From positions 64,001 to 128,000 of the forward strand of contig CAVPOM010000003.1 of the NCBI GenBank assembly GCA_963707025.1: a stretch of DNA of 64,000 bases, read 5' to 3'. The translations under genes were made by a program, and so were the position numbers. Source of the DNA: an uncultured Verrucomicrobiae bacterium. Lineage in GTDB: Bacteria > Verrucomicrobiota > Verrucomicrobiia > Limisphaerales > Palsa-1400. Under the pieces are notes generated by a model. It was not told the origin of the DNA. It worked only from the letters and a program-made list of their open reading frames with translations, and did no database searches. Shown piece after piece: positions 9,984 through 19,755 of this stretch. Numbering within the stretch: the first letter of the stretch is position 1; each line of letters opens with the position of its first letter.

Positions 9984-10069
9984 AATTATGAATTATGAAT
10001 TATGAATTATAAATGACAGAAACGCGGAAGATTAGGATTAAGATTAGGATTAGGATTAAGATTAAGATT
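9984..10069. repeat. Short tandem repeats: (AATTATG)n heptamer followed by (GATTA[A/G])n hexamer
   Basis: aattatgaattatgaattatgaattat and agattaggattaagattaggattaggattaagattaagatt are directly visible. Confidence 0.85.
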
Positions 10070-11174
10070 TCAGGAAATCGTCGAGGGCGGCGCGGGTGAT
10101 GCGCCAGGAGGCGCCGATCTTTTTTCCCTTGAGGGAGCCGTCGGCCAGGGCGCTGAGGACATCGTTCTCGCTGACGTTGAGGACCAGGGCGGCGCCGGCG
10201 GGGGTGAGCAATTCCGGAGCGGCGCCGGAGGCGGAGGAGGCTGACGCGCCTCCCGTGCCGGTGACCGGGACGACGGGAGGGATGGCGGATTTTGTGGACG
10301 GGGTGGACGGGGCGGCGGCGGCGGCGCCCATGGTTTGGGCGATTTGCTGGCCCATGGCCAGGCCGGCGCCGAGTTGGGAGGCGGCCGCAGCCAGTCCGCC
10401 GCCTTCGCCTTTGGCCAGGGATTCGGCCATCTGGAATTTGATGTAATCATTGAGATTTCCCACGGCAGCCATGCTGGAGCGTTTGTCAATGGATTGCTCG
10501 ACTTCGGGCGGAAGGGAGACGTTTTCGACGATGAAACTGGAGATTTCCAAGCCGTATTTGGTTGTGACGGCGGGGTTGATGACGGGCAGGAGGGCCTCGC
10601 CCAGCTCCTCGTAGCGGGCGGCCACGTCGAGCACGGGCACTTTGGCCAGGGCCACGGCTTCGGTGAAGACGCTGACGATGCGGGAGCGCATGGTGTCGCC
10701 GAATTCGTCGAGGCGGAAATGGGCGTCGGTGCCGGCGACTTCCTTGAGAAACAGTTTCACATCCACGACATGGAAATCGTAGGTGCCGTAGGCGCGGACG
10801 CGGACCATGCCGAAATCGGCGTCGCGCATCATGATGGGGTTGGCAGTGCCCCATTTGTTGCCGGTGAACAAGCGGGTGTTGACGAAATAAACGTCGGCCT
10901 TGAAGGGGGATTCGAGGCCGTATTTCCAGCCCTTCAGCGTGGAGAGGATGGGGATGTTGTCGGTGACCAGGGTGTGGGTGCCGGGGCCGAAGGTGTCGCC
11001 GAACTGGCCTTCATAGACGAACTGGGCGGCCTGGGATTCGCGCACGATGAGTTGGGCGCCGCGCTTGATCTCCTTCTGCTCGTCGGGGTAGCGCCAGGAG
11101 AGGGTGTCGCGGGAGTCGTCCTGCCATTGGATGATTTCCAGGAACTGGGTCTTCAGGTAACTGATCAAACTCAT
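10062..11174 (-). CDS. SPFH (band-7-like, YdjI-type) domain protein with a C-terminal excisionase-type HTH
   Basis: QLIVRESQAA, SPFKADVYFVN and KWGTANPI. C-terminus LLTPAGAALVLNVSE…LKGKKIGASWRI. Confidence 0.85.
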   Translation of the reverse strand: MSLISYLKTQFLEIIQWQDDSRDTLSWRYPDEQKEIKRGAQLIVRESQAAQFVYEGQFGDTFGPGTHTLVTDNIPILSTLKGWKYGLESPFKADVYFVNTRLFTGNKWGTANPIMMRDADFGMVRVRAYGTYDFHVVDVKLFLKEVAGTDAHFRLDEFGDTMRSRIVSVFTEAVALAKVPVLDVAARYEELGEALLPVINPAVTTKYGLEISSFIVENVSLPPEVEQSIDKRSSMAAVGNLNDYIKFQMAESLAKGEGGGLAAAASQLGAGLAMGQQIAQTMGAAAAAPSTPSTKSAIPPVVPVTGTGGASASSASGAAPELLTPAGAALVLNVSENDVLSALADGSLKGKKIGASWRITRAALDDFLKS

Positions 11175-11310
11175 AATGCGCCTTTCTTTTTTCTGTTTTG
11201 ACTATAATCGTTGCGCGGGGCTAAAGTGGAAAGTACAAATTTAGCCGAAAAATGTAATGGCCGGGGGCGAATTGTGAATTTTGAATAGCGAATGGTGAAA
11301 GGAAAACCGA

Positions 11311-12039
11311 ATGCCGGCTGAAACACTCAATTGCCCGATGTGCGGGGCGGCGGTTTCGACGGAAGCGACGCTGTGCGAACATTGCGGGGCGCGGCTGGCG
11401 ACGGTGGCCTGCCCGAAGTGCTTTGGCATGATGTTCGTGGGGGAGAAGTTTTGCTCGCATTGCGGCGCGCAGGCGGACCGGGTGGAAGTGGCGGGGGCCA
11501 AGCCCGAGATGTGCCCGCGCTGCAAAGTGGTGATGAACGCGGTGGTCATCGGCGGCAGCCCGCTGCGGGAATGTCCGCGCTGCGAAGGGATCTGGGCCGA
11601 CGCGGACACGTTGCACAAGATTTGCGAGGACGTGGAAAAGCAGTCGGCGGTGCTGGGGATGGCGTCGGCGGTGGTGAAGCCGGAAGCGGTGGAACTGGAG
11701 CAGCATATCCATTACATCCCGTGTCCGGTGTGCGGGGGGTTGATGAACCGGGTGCAGTTCGCGAATTGTTCGCACGTCATTGTGAACGTGTGCCGGGAGC
11801 ACGGGACGTGGTTTGACCGGGACGAATTGCGGCGCATCGTGGAGTTCATCCAGTCGGGCGGAATGGTGGAGGCGCGCGCGCAGGAGATTGCGGACCTGGA
11901 GCGGGCACGGCGGGCGGTGGAGGGACATGCGGTGCCGCTGGATCTGGGGTCCGGCTTTTCCCCGGGAGCGAATTACGATCTGTGGAAAGTCGGGATTGGG
12001 GCGGCGGCGGTTTTTCTCAGGTTGTTGCTAAGGAGGTAG
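11311..12039 (+). CDS. Multi-zinc-ribbon protein (double zinc ribbon plus TFIIB-type zinc fingers)
   Basis: Many CxxC pairs; CPRCEGIWAD and CREHGTWFDRDEL motifs. Confidence 0.8.
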   Translation: MPAETLNCPMCGAAVSTEATLCEHCGARLATVACPKCFGMMFVGEKFCSHCGAQADRVEVAGAKPEMCPRCKVVMNAVVIGGSPLRECPRCEGIWADADTLHKICEDVEKQSAVLGMASAVVKPEAVELEQHIHYIPCPVCGGLMNRVQFANCSHVIVNVCREHGTWFDRDELRRIVEFIQSGGMVEARAQEIADLERARRAVEGHAVPLDLGSGFSPGANYDLWKVGIGAAAVFLRLLLRR

Positions 12040-12099
12040 ATGGGAAGGGAGGAAGGCAGAGGGAGAGTCGCCAACAGGAGGGCAGTGTTTGATTCCTGC

Positions 12100-12183
12100 T
12101 CTTAATCCTAATCTTGATCTTAATCCTGCTCCTGAACGCCACCCAAAGCAGATTAAGATTAAGATTAGGATTAAGATTAAGAG
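12100..12183. repeat. Inverted pair of hexamer tandem arrays ((TAATCY)n … (GATTAR)n)
   Basis: cttaatcctaatcttgatcttaatcct … gattaagattaagattaggattaagattaagag. Could form a long hairpin. Confidence 0.8.
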
Positions 12184-12262
12184 GAAGGGCCGATGGCGGA
12201 GGGCGAGGGAGAATTGCGGCACGGAAATTTGCTTTTGGCGCGGCGGAGGATAGGTTGACTCT

Positions 12263-13294
12263 GTGGAAAGAACCGAGAAGAGCCGGCTGGATCCGGCGTT
12301 GAAAAAGCGCATCCAGGAGTTGATCGCGCTGCAAGGCGGGGGAGCGAACCCGGATTTGGTGGAGGACATCATCGCCAACGCACTCAAGCTGCTGACCGAT
12401 GTGAAGGACCGGGGCGATGCGCGGGTGATCCGCACGGCGGTGCGGGAGTTGCGCTACGCCTTCCGGCTCTTCGCGCCCTACCGGGACACGCGCAAGGTGA
12501 CGATTTTTGGGTCGGCCCGCACGGAGCCGGCGCAGGCGGAATACCGGGAGGCGGTGGAATTCGCGCGGCAGATGGCGGCGGCCGGATTCATGGTCATCAC
12601 CGGGGCGGGGCCGGGGATCATGCAGGCGGGCCACGAAGGGGCGGGGCCGGAAAGGAGTTTTGGGGCGAACATCCGGCTGCCCTGGGAACAGGCGGCCAAT
12701 CCGATAATTGACAAGGACGAGAAGCTGATCCACTTCAAGTATTTTTTCACGCGCAAGCTGACCTTTGTGCGGCATTCCGACGCGCTGGCCCTGTTTCCCG
12801 GGGGATTCGGCACGCTGGACGAGAGCTACGAGGCGCTGACGCTGATGCAAACGGGCAAAGGGCGGCTGGTGCCGCTGGTGCTGCTGGACCGGCCGGGGGG
12901 GAATTATTGGAAGACCTGGGACAAGAGTGTGCGGGAGCAACTCTTGCGGGCGGACCTGATTTCCCCGGAAGACCTGCATCTTTACCAGATAGCCAGCTCG
13001 GCCAGCCATGCGGTGCGGATCATCACGCGGTTTTATCGCAACTATCATTCCAGCCGGTTTGTCAAGGACTTGCTGGTGATCCGGCTGAAAAATGTGCCGC
13101 CGCCCTCGGCCCTGGAGGGGTTGAACGATGATTTTGGGGACATCATCAGCGGGGAGAAATTTCAGGCGATTGCCGCGACGCCGCAGGAGCGGGAGGACGA
13201 CGATTGCCTGGGGCTGGGGCGGATCGCGTTTGGATTTGACCGGCGCAAATACGGGCGGCTGCGGCAACTGATTGATGTGTTGAACAGTTTCTGA
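12263..13294 (+). CDS. LOG family (Rossmann-fold) nucleotide phosphoribohydrolase-like protein
   Basis: VTIFGSAR, ITGAGPGIM, FKYFFTRK and PGGFGTLDE motifs. Confidence 0.9.
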   Translation: MERTEKSRLDPALKKRIQELIALQGGGANPDLVEDIIANALKLLTDVKDRGDARVIRTAVRELRYAFRLFAPYRDTRKVTIFGSARTEPAQAEYREAVEFARQMAAAGFMVITGAGPGIMQAGHEGAGPERSFGANIRLPWEQAANPIIDKDEKLIHFKYFFTRKLTFVRHSDALALFPGGFGTLDESYEALTLMQTGKGRLVPLVLLDRPGGNYWKTWDKSVREQLLRADLISPEDLHLYQIASSASHAVRIITRFYRNYHSSRFVKDLLVIRLKNVPPPSALEGLNDDFGDIISGEKFQAIAATPQEREDDDCLGLGRIAFGFDRRKYGRLRQLIDVLNSF

Positions 13295-13346
13295 TTAAGA
13301 ACTCACCGACGGGGACGATTGGAACCGAACTCTGTTCCCGTTTCAG

Positions 13347-13784
13347 CTACGGAGAAACAGGGATCAGTCCAACTCGGCCGGCCAAACTGGATTGGCGCGC
13401 GTCAAAAGTGCAAAATTCCGTGGCGCCGATGAGTTTGGCGGCTGCGACGTGCAGAACGTCCAGTGTGCGGCAACCCACAACCGGGGTGTGGTTGAGAGCG
13501 GACGCTTCAGCCTCTGCCATCACACGATGCCACAGACCGCCACGCGCGACCAGCAAACCGGCGGCATAATCATGTTCGATTTCCAACCACGCTGCTTGAA
13601 CCTCCTGTTGCGTCAGCCGTTGCTGAAACAAGGCCAGACTCATCCCGTTGCGCAACTCGAGGCGGTGAAAGACGGTAAAAGGCAAGGGGGCCGGGTTAGC
13701 CTGACGCCAGGCATCGGCCCTGGGCGAATTCGCGTCGGTTGCATACAGCGAAAACAGAAAGCTGGTATCAGCGTAGGTTTTCAA
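13347..13784 (-). CDS. vapC: VapC-family PIN-domain toxin
   Basis: YADTSFL…RTLDVLHVAAA…FCTFDARQ. Confidence 0.88.
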   Translation of the reverse strand: MKTYADTSFLFSLYATDANSPRADAWRQANPAPLPFTVFHRLELRNGMSLALFQQRLTQQEVQAAWLEIEHDYAAGLLVARGGLWHRVMAEAEASALNHTPVVGCRTLDVLHVAAAKLIGATEFCTFDARQSSLAGRVGLIPVSP

Positions 13785-14029
13785 AACCGTTCTTCCGCGC
13801 GAGCGAGCAGCACCATGTTGGGGAGAACTTTGCCGCCGAAAATCCGGCGGCGACGGGCGGAATAATCAGGCAGCGGCGAAGTCCGTCCGGCTTTTTCGCC
13901 GGGGCCTTCGCCTTGGGCATGGCTGATCGTGGCGTCCTGCAAATCATCCAACAGCCAACGGGCGATTTCCCAGCGCTCTTGCGGCGGCAACTGCCGCAAC
14001 GCCGCCTCGATTTCCAAAACCTTGCTCAT
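13781..14029 (-). CDS. Putative antitoxin for VapC
   Basis: Small ORF (MSKVLEIEAALRQLP…LPDYSARRRRIFG) overlapping the vapC start by 4 nt. Confidence 0.75.
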   Translation of the reverse strand: MSKVLEIEAALRQLPPQERWEIARWLLDDLQDATISHAQGEGPGEKAGRTSPLPDYSARRRRIFGGKVLPNMVLLARAEERF

Positions 14030-14195
14030 GATGGTCAAACATACCAGAACCATCCCGCGTTTGCGAGAGGCATTTTGCGATCCACCAACACTCAGCCGCT
14101 AATTTGTAGAGAGGCGGCGGTACGGCGGTTGAACATCACCGGCTTCGATTTCATATCAATAAATTAGGATACTAAGACTAAGATGAAGATTAAGA

Positions 14196-15560
14196 TCAGG
14201 GATGGGAGGAAGCCGGCCGGAGGAGGTCCGTGCAACGATGGGGACGGTCGGCGACCAGCCAGCGGCTGGCTTTCATTTCGAAGCGCGGCAGGGTTCCGGC
14301 GGGGGCCAGGATGATGGGGACGCGCAGATTGAAGGCGGCGTGCAGGCCGGTCTGGATGCGCCGGACAAGGGCTTCGGGGTCGGGGCAGCCGGCGCTCAAC
14401 TCAATGCGCAGGGTGAGTTCGGACAGGCTGGCGGACGGATCCACTTTGACCTGATATTCGACAACTTCGGCGAAGCCATGCAATAAATCCTCCACCGCGG
14501 AGGGATAGATGTTCACGCCCCGCACGATGAGCATGTCGTCGGCCCGGCCCAGGATGCCGCCCGCCAGAGCCAGGTCGTGGCAGCCGCACAGGCAGGGCGG
14601 AGCGGCGCTGGTTTGCGGTGGTCGCAGACCGCCGCTACTGGCCGGGGCCACGCGCACCAGGTCGCCGGTGCGGTAGCGCAGGAGCGGGGAGGGGAGCCGG
14701 TCCAGGGTGGTCACGACCAATTCGCCCATTTCACCGGCGGGAACGGGGTTTCCCCTGGGAGCAAGGACTTCCGGGAAATAGGCCGATTCGATGACGTGCA
14801 GGACGCCGGCCTGGGCCGGGCACTGGTGGCTGATGGGTCCGGTTTCGGTCATGCCGTGATGGTCGAAGATGCGGGCGCCGGGCCAGAGTTGTTCCAGCCG
14901 CCGGCGGGTGGCGGGAATGCTGCCGCCCGGCTCGCCCGCCACGATGATGGAGCGGACGGGCGAGGAACGGAGGTCTATGTTGCCGGCCGCGGCCACTTCG
15001 GCCAGGCGGACGGCGTAGCTGGGGGTGCAGCAGAGGACGGTGGCGGAGTTGTCAATAATAGCTTTGAGGCGGCCGGGGCTGCCCAGGCCGCCGCCGGGAA
15101 GGCAGAGGCAGCCCAGTTGCTGGGCGGCGTCGAAGGCGAGCCAGAATCCGAGGAAGGGACCGAAGGAGAAGGCGAAATAAACGCGGTCGCCGGGCCGGAC
15201 GCCGGCGAGGCGGTATATTTTCTTCCAGCTTTCCACCATGGATTGCCAGCTTTCCGGGGTGTCGAGCCAGCGCAACGGGGTGCTGGTCGTGCCGCTGGTT
15301 TGGTGGAAACGGGTGCAGGAGGCGGCCGGAGAAGTGAGGTTGGAGCCATAGGGCGGAAAGGCGCGCTGGTCGGCGCTCAATTCCTCCTTGGTGGTGAAGG
15401 GGAAGCGGCGGAAATCCTCCAGGCTGGAAAGGCGGGTGTCCAGGCCGGAGAATTTCTGCCGGTAAAAACGGTTGGCGGGAAGAATGGCGGCGAGCAACCG
15501 GCGCAGTTGGGCCAGTTGTTGGGCGGCGATGGCCGGGCGGGTGGGAAACTCGCTCGCCAT
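14196..15560 (-). CDS. Phenylacetate--CoA ligase (PaaK/F390-synthetase)-family protein
   Basis: QTSGTT, AGEPGG, GMTE, LRYRTGD and GRADDMLIVRGVNIYPS motifs. Confidence 0.88.
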   Translation of the reverse strand: MASEFPTRPAIAAQQLAQLRRLLAAILPANRFYRQKFSGLDTRLSSLEDFRRFPFTTKEELSADQRAFPPYGSNLTSPAASCTRFHQTSGTTSTPLRWLDTPESWQSMVESWKKIYRLAGVRPGDRVYFAFSFGPFLGFWLAFDAAQQLGCLCLPGGGLGSPGRLKAIIDNSATVLCCTPSYAVRLAEVAAAGNIDLRSSPVRSIIVAGEPGGSIPATRRRLEQLWPGARIFDHHGMTETGPISHQCPAQAGVLHVIESAYFPEVLAPRGNPVPAGEMGELVVTTLDRLPSPLLRYRTGDLVRVAPASSGGLRPPQTSAAPPCLCGCHDLALAGGILGRADDMLIVRGVNIYPSAVEDLLHGFAEVVEYQVKVDPSASLSELTLRIELSAGCPDPEALVRRIQTGLHAAFNLRVPIILAPAGTLPRFEMKASRWLVADRPHRCTDLLRPASSHP

Positions 15561-16106
15561 TTATGGCTCGGCTTGAGGCGCGGCTTGGAAGGCGGCGGCG
15601 ACGGCCGCGGCAGCGGGTTTGCCGGCATGCGTGGGCGCGGCCGCCGGTTTAAACAACATCACCAAACAGCCGCCCGCCGCCGCCATGAGGATGCCCAGAT
15701 AAAATGGCCACGGAATGGAGCGCAGGCCATCCTTGGGCGGGTTCAAGCATAAGGCGACCACGGCGTTGACGACGGGCGCGCCGGCAAAAACGATGGACAT
15801 GACCACGCCGGGCTTGCCGCCGTTGCCGAAAGCGAGGAGGACGCAGAAGGCGCCCAAGGCGCCCACGATGCCGGCGACGAGCGACCAACCCATCCCCGCC
15901 GCTGGAAAGCTCCAATCGGCCTTGCGCGTGGCCAAAATAGCGACGGGCGCCAGGACGGCGGTGAGGAAATAGGCCAGGCCCACGAAGAGAAAGGATTTGT
16001 AGAGGGCATTGGTTTTATCGGCCATGGCCACCTGCCCGCTGTGGAGGAATATTCCGTATAGTCCCCAGGAAAGGACCGTCATCAACGCAAAAATGATCCA
16101 GCTCAT
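15561..16106 (-). CDS. Small multi-TM membrane protein (EamA/DMT-like)
   Basis: About five hydrophobic helices; adjoins the downstream ligase gene. Confidence 0.7.
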   Translation of the reverse strand: MSWIIFALMTVLSWGLYGIFLHSGQVAMADKTNALYKSFLFVGLAYFLTAVLAPVAILATRKADWSFPAAGMGWSLVAGIVGALGAFCVLLAFGNGGKPGVVMSIVFAGAPVVNAVVALCLNPPKDGLRSIPWPFYLGILMAAAGGCLVMLFKPAAAPTHAGKPAAAAVAAAFQAAPQAEP

Positions 16107-16182
16107 ATATGTGAAACAATGCTAAAACTGCAACGGCCTAACTTTAGCCCGAAACAGGGGTTTGCGCAAATGAGAAAATAAT

Positions 16183-16349
16183 TTAAGGTAATGCCTCAGT
16201 GAAGGAGTGCGCCCGTCCTCGGGCGCAGCATCAGGCAAAGACTCGGCGGTCTGGGGATTTGTCGGGCGCCCCGGCAGTTCGGACGCTGCTGCGCCCGGGG
16301 ACGGGCGCACTCCGACAGTCTCCCCGCCGTCACTGCGGCATTGCCTTAA
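16183..16349. repeat. MITE/REPIN: GGAG-type REP pair (16204-16313) within TTAA-ended inverted arms
   Basis: Outer arms TTAAGGTAATGCCTCAGTGA … TCACTGCGGCATTGCCTTAA. The inner REP pair matches the one at 3049-3158. Confidence 0.75.
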
Positions 16350-16729
16350 AGGTGCTCGCGGCCGGCGAAGCCGGATTCCAGGTCGTGCCAGAATTCGATG
16401 TCCTCTTCGTCGCGCTCCCAGCAGAGGAAGATTTCCCGGCCGTCGCGGTAGGAGGGGAAATCAATCAGGCCGCGCTTGAGGTCCTTGACCTGGATTTGGC
16501 GGCGGTGGAATTCCAGCAGCACGTCGCGGCATTCGGCCAGGGTTTTGATGAGGTCGTTGACCGCTCTGCCGCCGGCGTCGCGGCTTTGGTCCAACAGGGC
16601 GCCGACTCTTTTGTCGAGGGTTTTGAGGCGGTCGGCGCATTTGTCCAGGCCGTCGAGCCAGAGGCGGACGTTGGGGAGCAGGGCGCGGGCTTGATCGACG
16701 GTGTAATGTTTGGAGAACTGCGGGGGCAT
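16346..16729 (-). CDS. DUF2203-family protein
   Basis: YTVDQARALLP…KDLKRGLIDFP…IFLCWERDEEDIEFWHDLESGFAGR. Confidence 0.85.
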   Translation of the reverse strand: MPPQFSKHYTVDQARALLPNVRLWLDGLDKCADRLKTLDKRVGALLDQSRDAGGRAVNDLIKTLAECRDVLLEFHRRQIQVKDLKRGLIDFPSYRDGREIFLCWERDEEDIEFWHDLESGFAGREHL

Positions 16730-16736
16730 GGGGGGA

Positions 16737-18497
16737 TCAGGTGGCGCCGGCGTCCACCACCTGTAGTTTCTTCTTGACATCATCGTTGGGTTCGACGGCC
16801 AGGGATTTTTTCCAGTTTTCCACCGCCTTGCCCAACTGGCGGAGGGAGAGGTAAACATCGCCCAGGTGGTCGAGGATGGTGGGGTCGGGCTCGGGAGAGA
16901 GTTCGACCGCCTTGACCAGCCAGGGGAGGGCCGCCTGCGGCAGCTTGAGCTTGAAGAGGACCCAGCCCATGCTGTCGAGGTAGGCGGCGTTTTTGGGATC
17001 CAGCTTGCAGGCTTTCTCGATGTAAGCCCGGGCCTTGGGGAGGTGTTCGCCCTGGTCGGCCCACATGAAGCCCAGGTAGTTGAGGGCTTCGGCGTCGTCC
17101 GGGTCCAGGTCAATGCACTTTTGCAAATAGTCCTCGGCCCGGTGGTACTGGTGGTCGCGCTCGCAGGCGGCGCCGATTTGGAAATAGAATTGACGGTCCA
17201 GGCGGGCGGGATTGTTGGTGCGGGCCAGGGTTTCGGCGGCGGAAAAGTGGCGCACCGCTTCGCCATAATCCTTGAGCTGGAGGTTGACCAGGGCGTTAAA
17301 AAACCGGGCGTCGAAGCTGTCGGGAAAGCGGAGGCGGGCCAGATCGAGGATTTGCAAGGCGTCGTCGCCGCGGCGCAGGTCGGCCAGGACCAGGGCCAGA
17401 CGGTAATAGGCCTGTTCCAGTCCCGGCGCCAAGCGGCGGGCTTTTTCAAAATCGTCGGCCGCTTCGGCCAGCCGGCCGCCGGAGTGGGCCAGGATGCCCA
17501 GGTAATACCAGGCCTGGTAGTGGGCGGGGTCCTCCTTGACGATGGCTTGGAACTGGGCGGCGGCGTTGGTCACGTCGTGCGCGTCCAAGAGGATTTCCCC
17601 CAGCTTTTCGCGGAGGTGGTCGCGCAGGGTGACGGAGTCCGAGGTGGAGGAGTCAACGGCCTTGGTCAGGAGCCGGTTGTAAACCTCGCCGGCTTTCTTC
17701 AGTTCGCTCAGGTGCGCATAGGTGTCGGCCAGGCGCTCCCAGAGGTCCCGGGCGGAGAATTTCATGGCGGCGGCCCGGTCCAACAGGGCGACGGCGCGAA
17801 GACGCACGGGGTCCTTCTCTTTTTCCTGCGGTGCCCGGCAAGCGGCATAAAGGTCGGCCAGGGCGATGAGTTGGGCCGGGGTGTTGCGGATATGTTTGGC
17901 CGCTTGATCGAGGGTTTTGAGGGCCTTGGCCATTTTGCCGGTTTGCACCAGAACTTTTAGTTTGCTCTGGTAGCTTTGCAGGGCATCGGGCCGCCGGGCA
18001 ATGGCCTGGAGGCTGGCCGCCAGCGCGGCCCTGGTCTTGCCCGCCTGCAGATCCGCCAAGGCCAGCAAGCTGAAGATCGGCGCGGAAGCACCCGGACGGA
18101 CGGCGACTTTGGACAAGAGGGTGACGGCCCTTTCGGGATGATGCTGATCGAGAAGCCATTCGGCGACATCGCAGGCGGTTCTTTCGTTGCCCGGATCGGC
18201 CAGGACGGACTTGTAGAATTCCTCCATCGCCTCGTCGTGGCGGCCGGTGGCCTCGAAGCTTTCCCCGGCGGCGAAATGGGCCAGGGCCTCGGGGTTGCCT
18301 TTGCCCGAGGGCAGGGCATCGGCCGGCGCCTCCTCCCCCTCCTCCTCCGCAGGCTGGCCGCCGGCCAGGGCATTGGTGGGGGCGCCGGGCGGCGCGTTGG
18401 TTTTGGCCGAGGCGGTGTGGCGCGCCGGGACGGCCGCGCAAGCGCACAAAAGCGCCCCGGCGCAAGCCAGGAAAAAAGCTGACGGACAATACTTCAT
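16737..18497 (-). CDS. Tetratricopeptide-repeat exported protein
   Basis: Signal/lipoprotein-like N-terminus; TPR motifs ALNYLGF and AYLDSMGWVLFK. Confidence 0.9.
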   Translation of the reverse strand: MKYCPSAFFLACAGALLCACAAVPARHTASAKTNAPPGAPTNALAGGQPAEEEGEEAPADALPSGKGNPEALAHFAAGESFEATGRHDEAMEEFYKSVLADPGNERTACDVAEWLLDQHHPERAVTLLSKVAVRPGASAPIFSLLALADLQAGKTRAALAASLQAIARRPDALQSYQSKLKVLVQTGKMAKALKTLDQAAKHIRNTPAQLIALADLYAACRAPQEKEKDPVRLRAVALLDRAAAMKFSARDLWERLADTYAHLSELKKAGEVYNRLLTKAVDSSTSDSVTLRDHLREKLGEILLDAHDVTNAAAQFQAIVKEDPAHYQAWYYLGILAHSGGRLAEAADDFEKARRLAPGLEQAYYRLALVLADLRRGDDALQILDLARLRFPDSFDARFFNALVNLQLKDYGEAVRHFSAAETLARTNNPARLDRQFYFQIGAACERDHQYHRAEDYLQKCIDLDPDDAEALNYLGFMWADQGEHLPKARAYIEKACKLDPKNAAYLDSMGWVLFKLKLPQAALPWLVKAVELSPEPDPTILDHLGDVYLSLRQLGKAVENWKKSLAVEPNDDVKKKLQVVDAGAT

Positions 18498-18587
18498 GCG
18501 ACGTTACAGGACAAAAACCATCCTCCTCCGCTGGCGGGCGGACTGCGCCCGGCGCGCCGGGCAAACCCATGCTGTTAACCGCCCCGG

Positions 18588-18689
18588 CTACTTCTGCCAG
18601 GTGCGCTTCTTGTGGCGGTTGGCGCGCAGCTTTTTACGCCGTTTATGTTTATTGATTTTGCTTTTACGGCGTTTTTTTAGTGATCCCAT
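18588..18689 (-). CDS. Small basic AURKAIP1/COX24-domain protein (ribosomal bS22-like)
   Basis: [33 protein letters not shown]; too short to appear in the ORF track. Confidence 0.85.
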   Translation of the reverse strand: MGSLKKRRKSKINKHKRRKKLRANRHKKRTWQK

Positions 18690-18711
18690 ACTTTAATAAT
18701 GTGATTCGATC

Positions 18712-19602
18712 TTAATATACCACCTTGTTGAGCGGATATTCAATAATTCCTTCCGCCCCGGCCGCTTTGAGCTGCGGGATCAGCTCCCGCACGATTTTTT
18801 CATCAATAATGGTTTCCACCGCCACCCAGCCCGGCTGGCTCAAGTGGGCGACGGTCGGTTTGCGCAAGGCGGGCAGGGCGCGGAGAAGCCGGTCCAGGTT
18901 TTTTTGCTCCAGATTCATTTTGAGGCCTACTTTGCTTTCGGCCTCTAGGGCGCCGCGCAAGAGGAGGGCAAGGGTCTCGATTTTTTGGCGTTTCCAGGGG
19001 TCCTTCCAGGAGTTATGGTTGACAATGAGGCGCGGGGTGGAGACCAGGAGGGTGTCCACGATGCGCAGATGGTTGGCCCGCAGGGAGGAGCCGGTCTCGG
19101 TGATTTCGACGATGGCGTCCACCAGTTCATGGGCCTTGACCTCGGTGGCGCCCCAGGAAAACTCGACCTCGGCTTTGACGCCGTGCTTGCGGAGCCAGCG
19201 TTTGGTGATGTTGACGACCTCGGTGGCGATGCGTTTGCCCTGCAAATCCTTGGGCGATTTGATGGGGGATTCCTCCGGCACGGCCAGCACCCAGCGGGCG
19301 GGCTGCCGGGTGGCCTTGCTGAAAAGAAACTCCGCCACTTCGTGGACGTCGGAACCATTTTCCACCACCCAATCGTGTCCGGTGATCCCGCAATCCAGAT
19401 AGCCGTGGGCGACGTAGCGGCTGATTTCCTGGGCGCGGATGAGGCGCACGGCCAACTGCTCGTCGTCCACGTAGGGGATGTAGGAGCGGCTGCTGACCTG
19501 GATGTTGAAACCGGCCTTGGCCATTTTGGCCAGGGCGGCTTCCTGCAAACTTCCCTTGGGCAATCCCAATTTCAAAATCTCTTTGCTTTTATTCTTCTTC
19601 AT
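18712..19602 (-). CDS. hisG: ATP phosphoribosyltransferase (long form)
   Basis: [20 protein letters not shown] and [11 protein letters not shown] motifs, plus the C-terminal regulatory domain. Confidence 0.96.
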   Translation of the reverse strand: MKKNKSKEILKLGLPKGSLQEAALAKMAKAGFNIQVSSRSYIPYVDDEQLAVRLIRAQEISRYVAHGYLDCGITGHDWVVENGSDVHEVAEFLFSKATRQPARWVLAVPEESPIKSPKDLQGKRIATEVVNITKRWLRKHGVKAEVEFSWGATEVKAHELVDAIVEITETGSSLRANHLRIVDTLLVSTPRLIVNHNSWKDPWKRQKIETLALLLRGALEAESKVGLKMNLEQKNLDRLLRALPALRKPTVAHLSQPGWVAVETIIDEKIVRELIPQLKAAGAEGIIEYPLNKVVY

Positions 19603-19755
19603 ACCGTGTCAGGCCGCGCTTGACGCGGGGCCGGGAATAATTTTTGCCGGACTGCTTCACGCGCGTGGCGGGGTTGATTTTCCACGGCCGGCGCGGCAAT
19701 GCCAACTTTTTCTTTTTGGCTTTCATGGCATGCGGGGCGCGGGGCGGGCAGCCTT

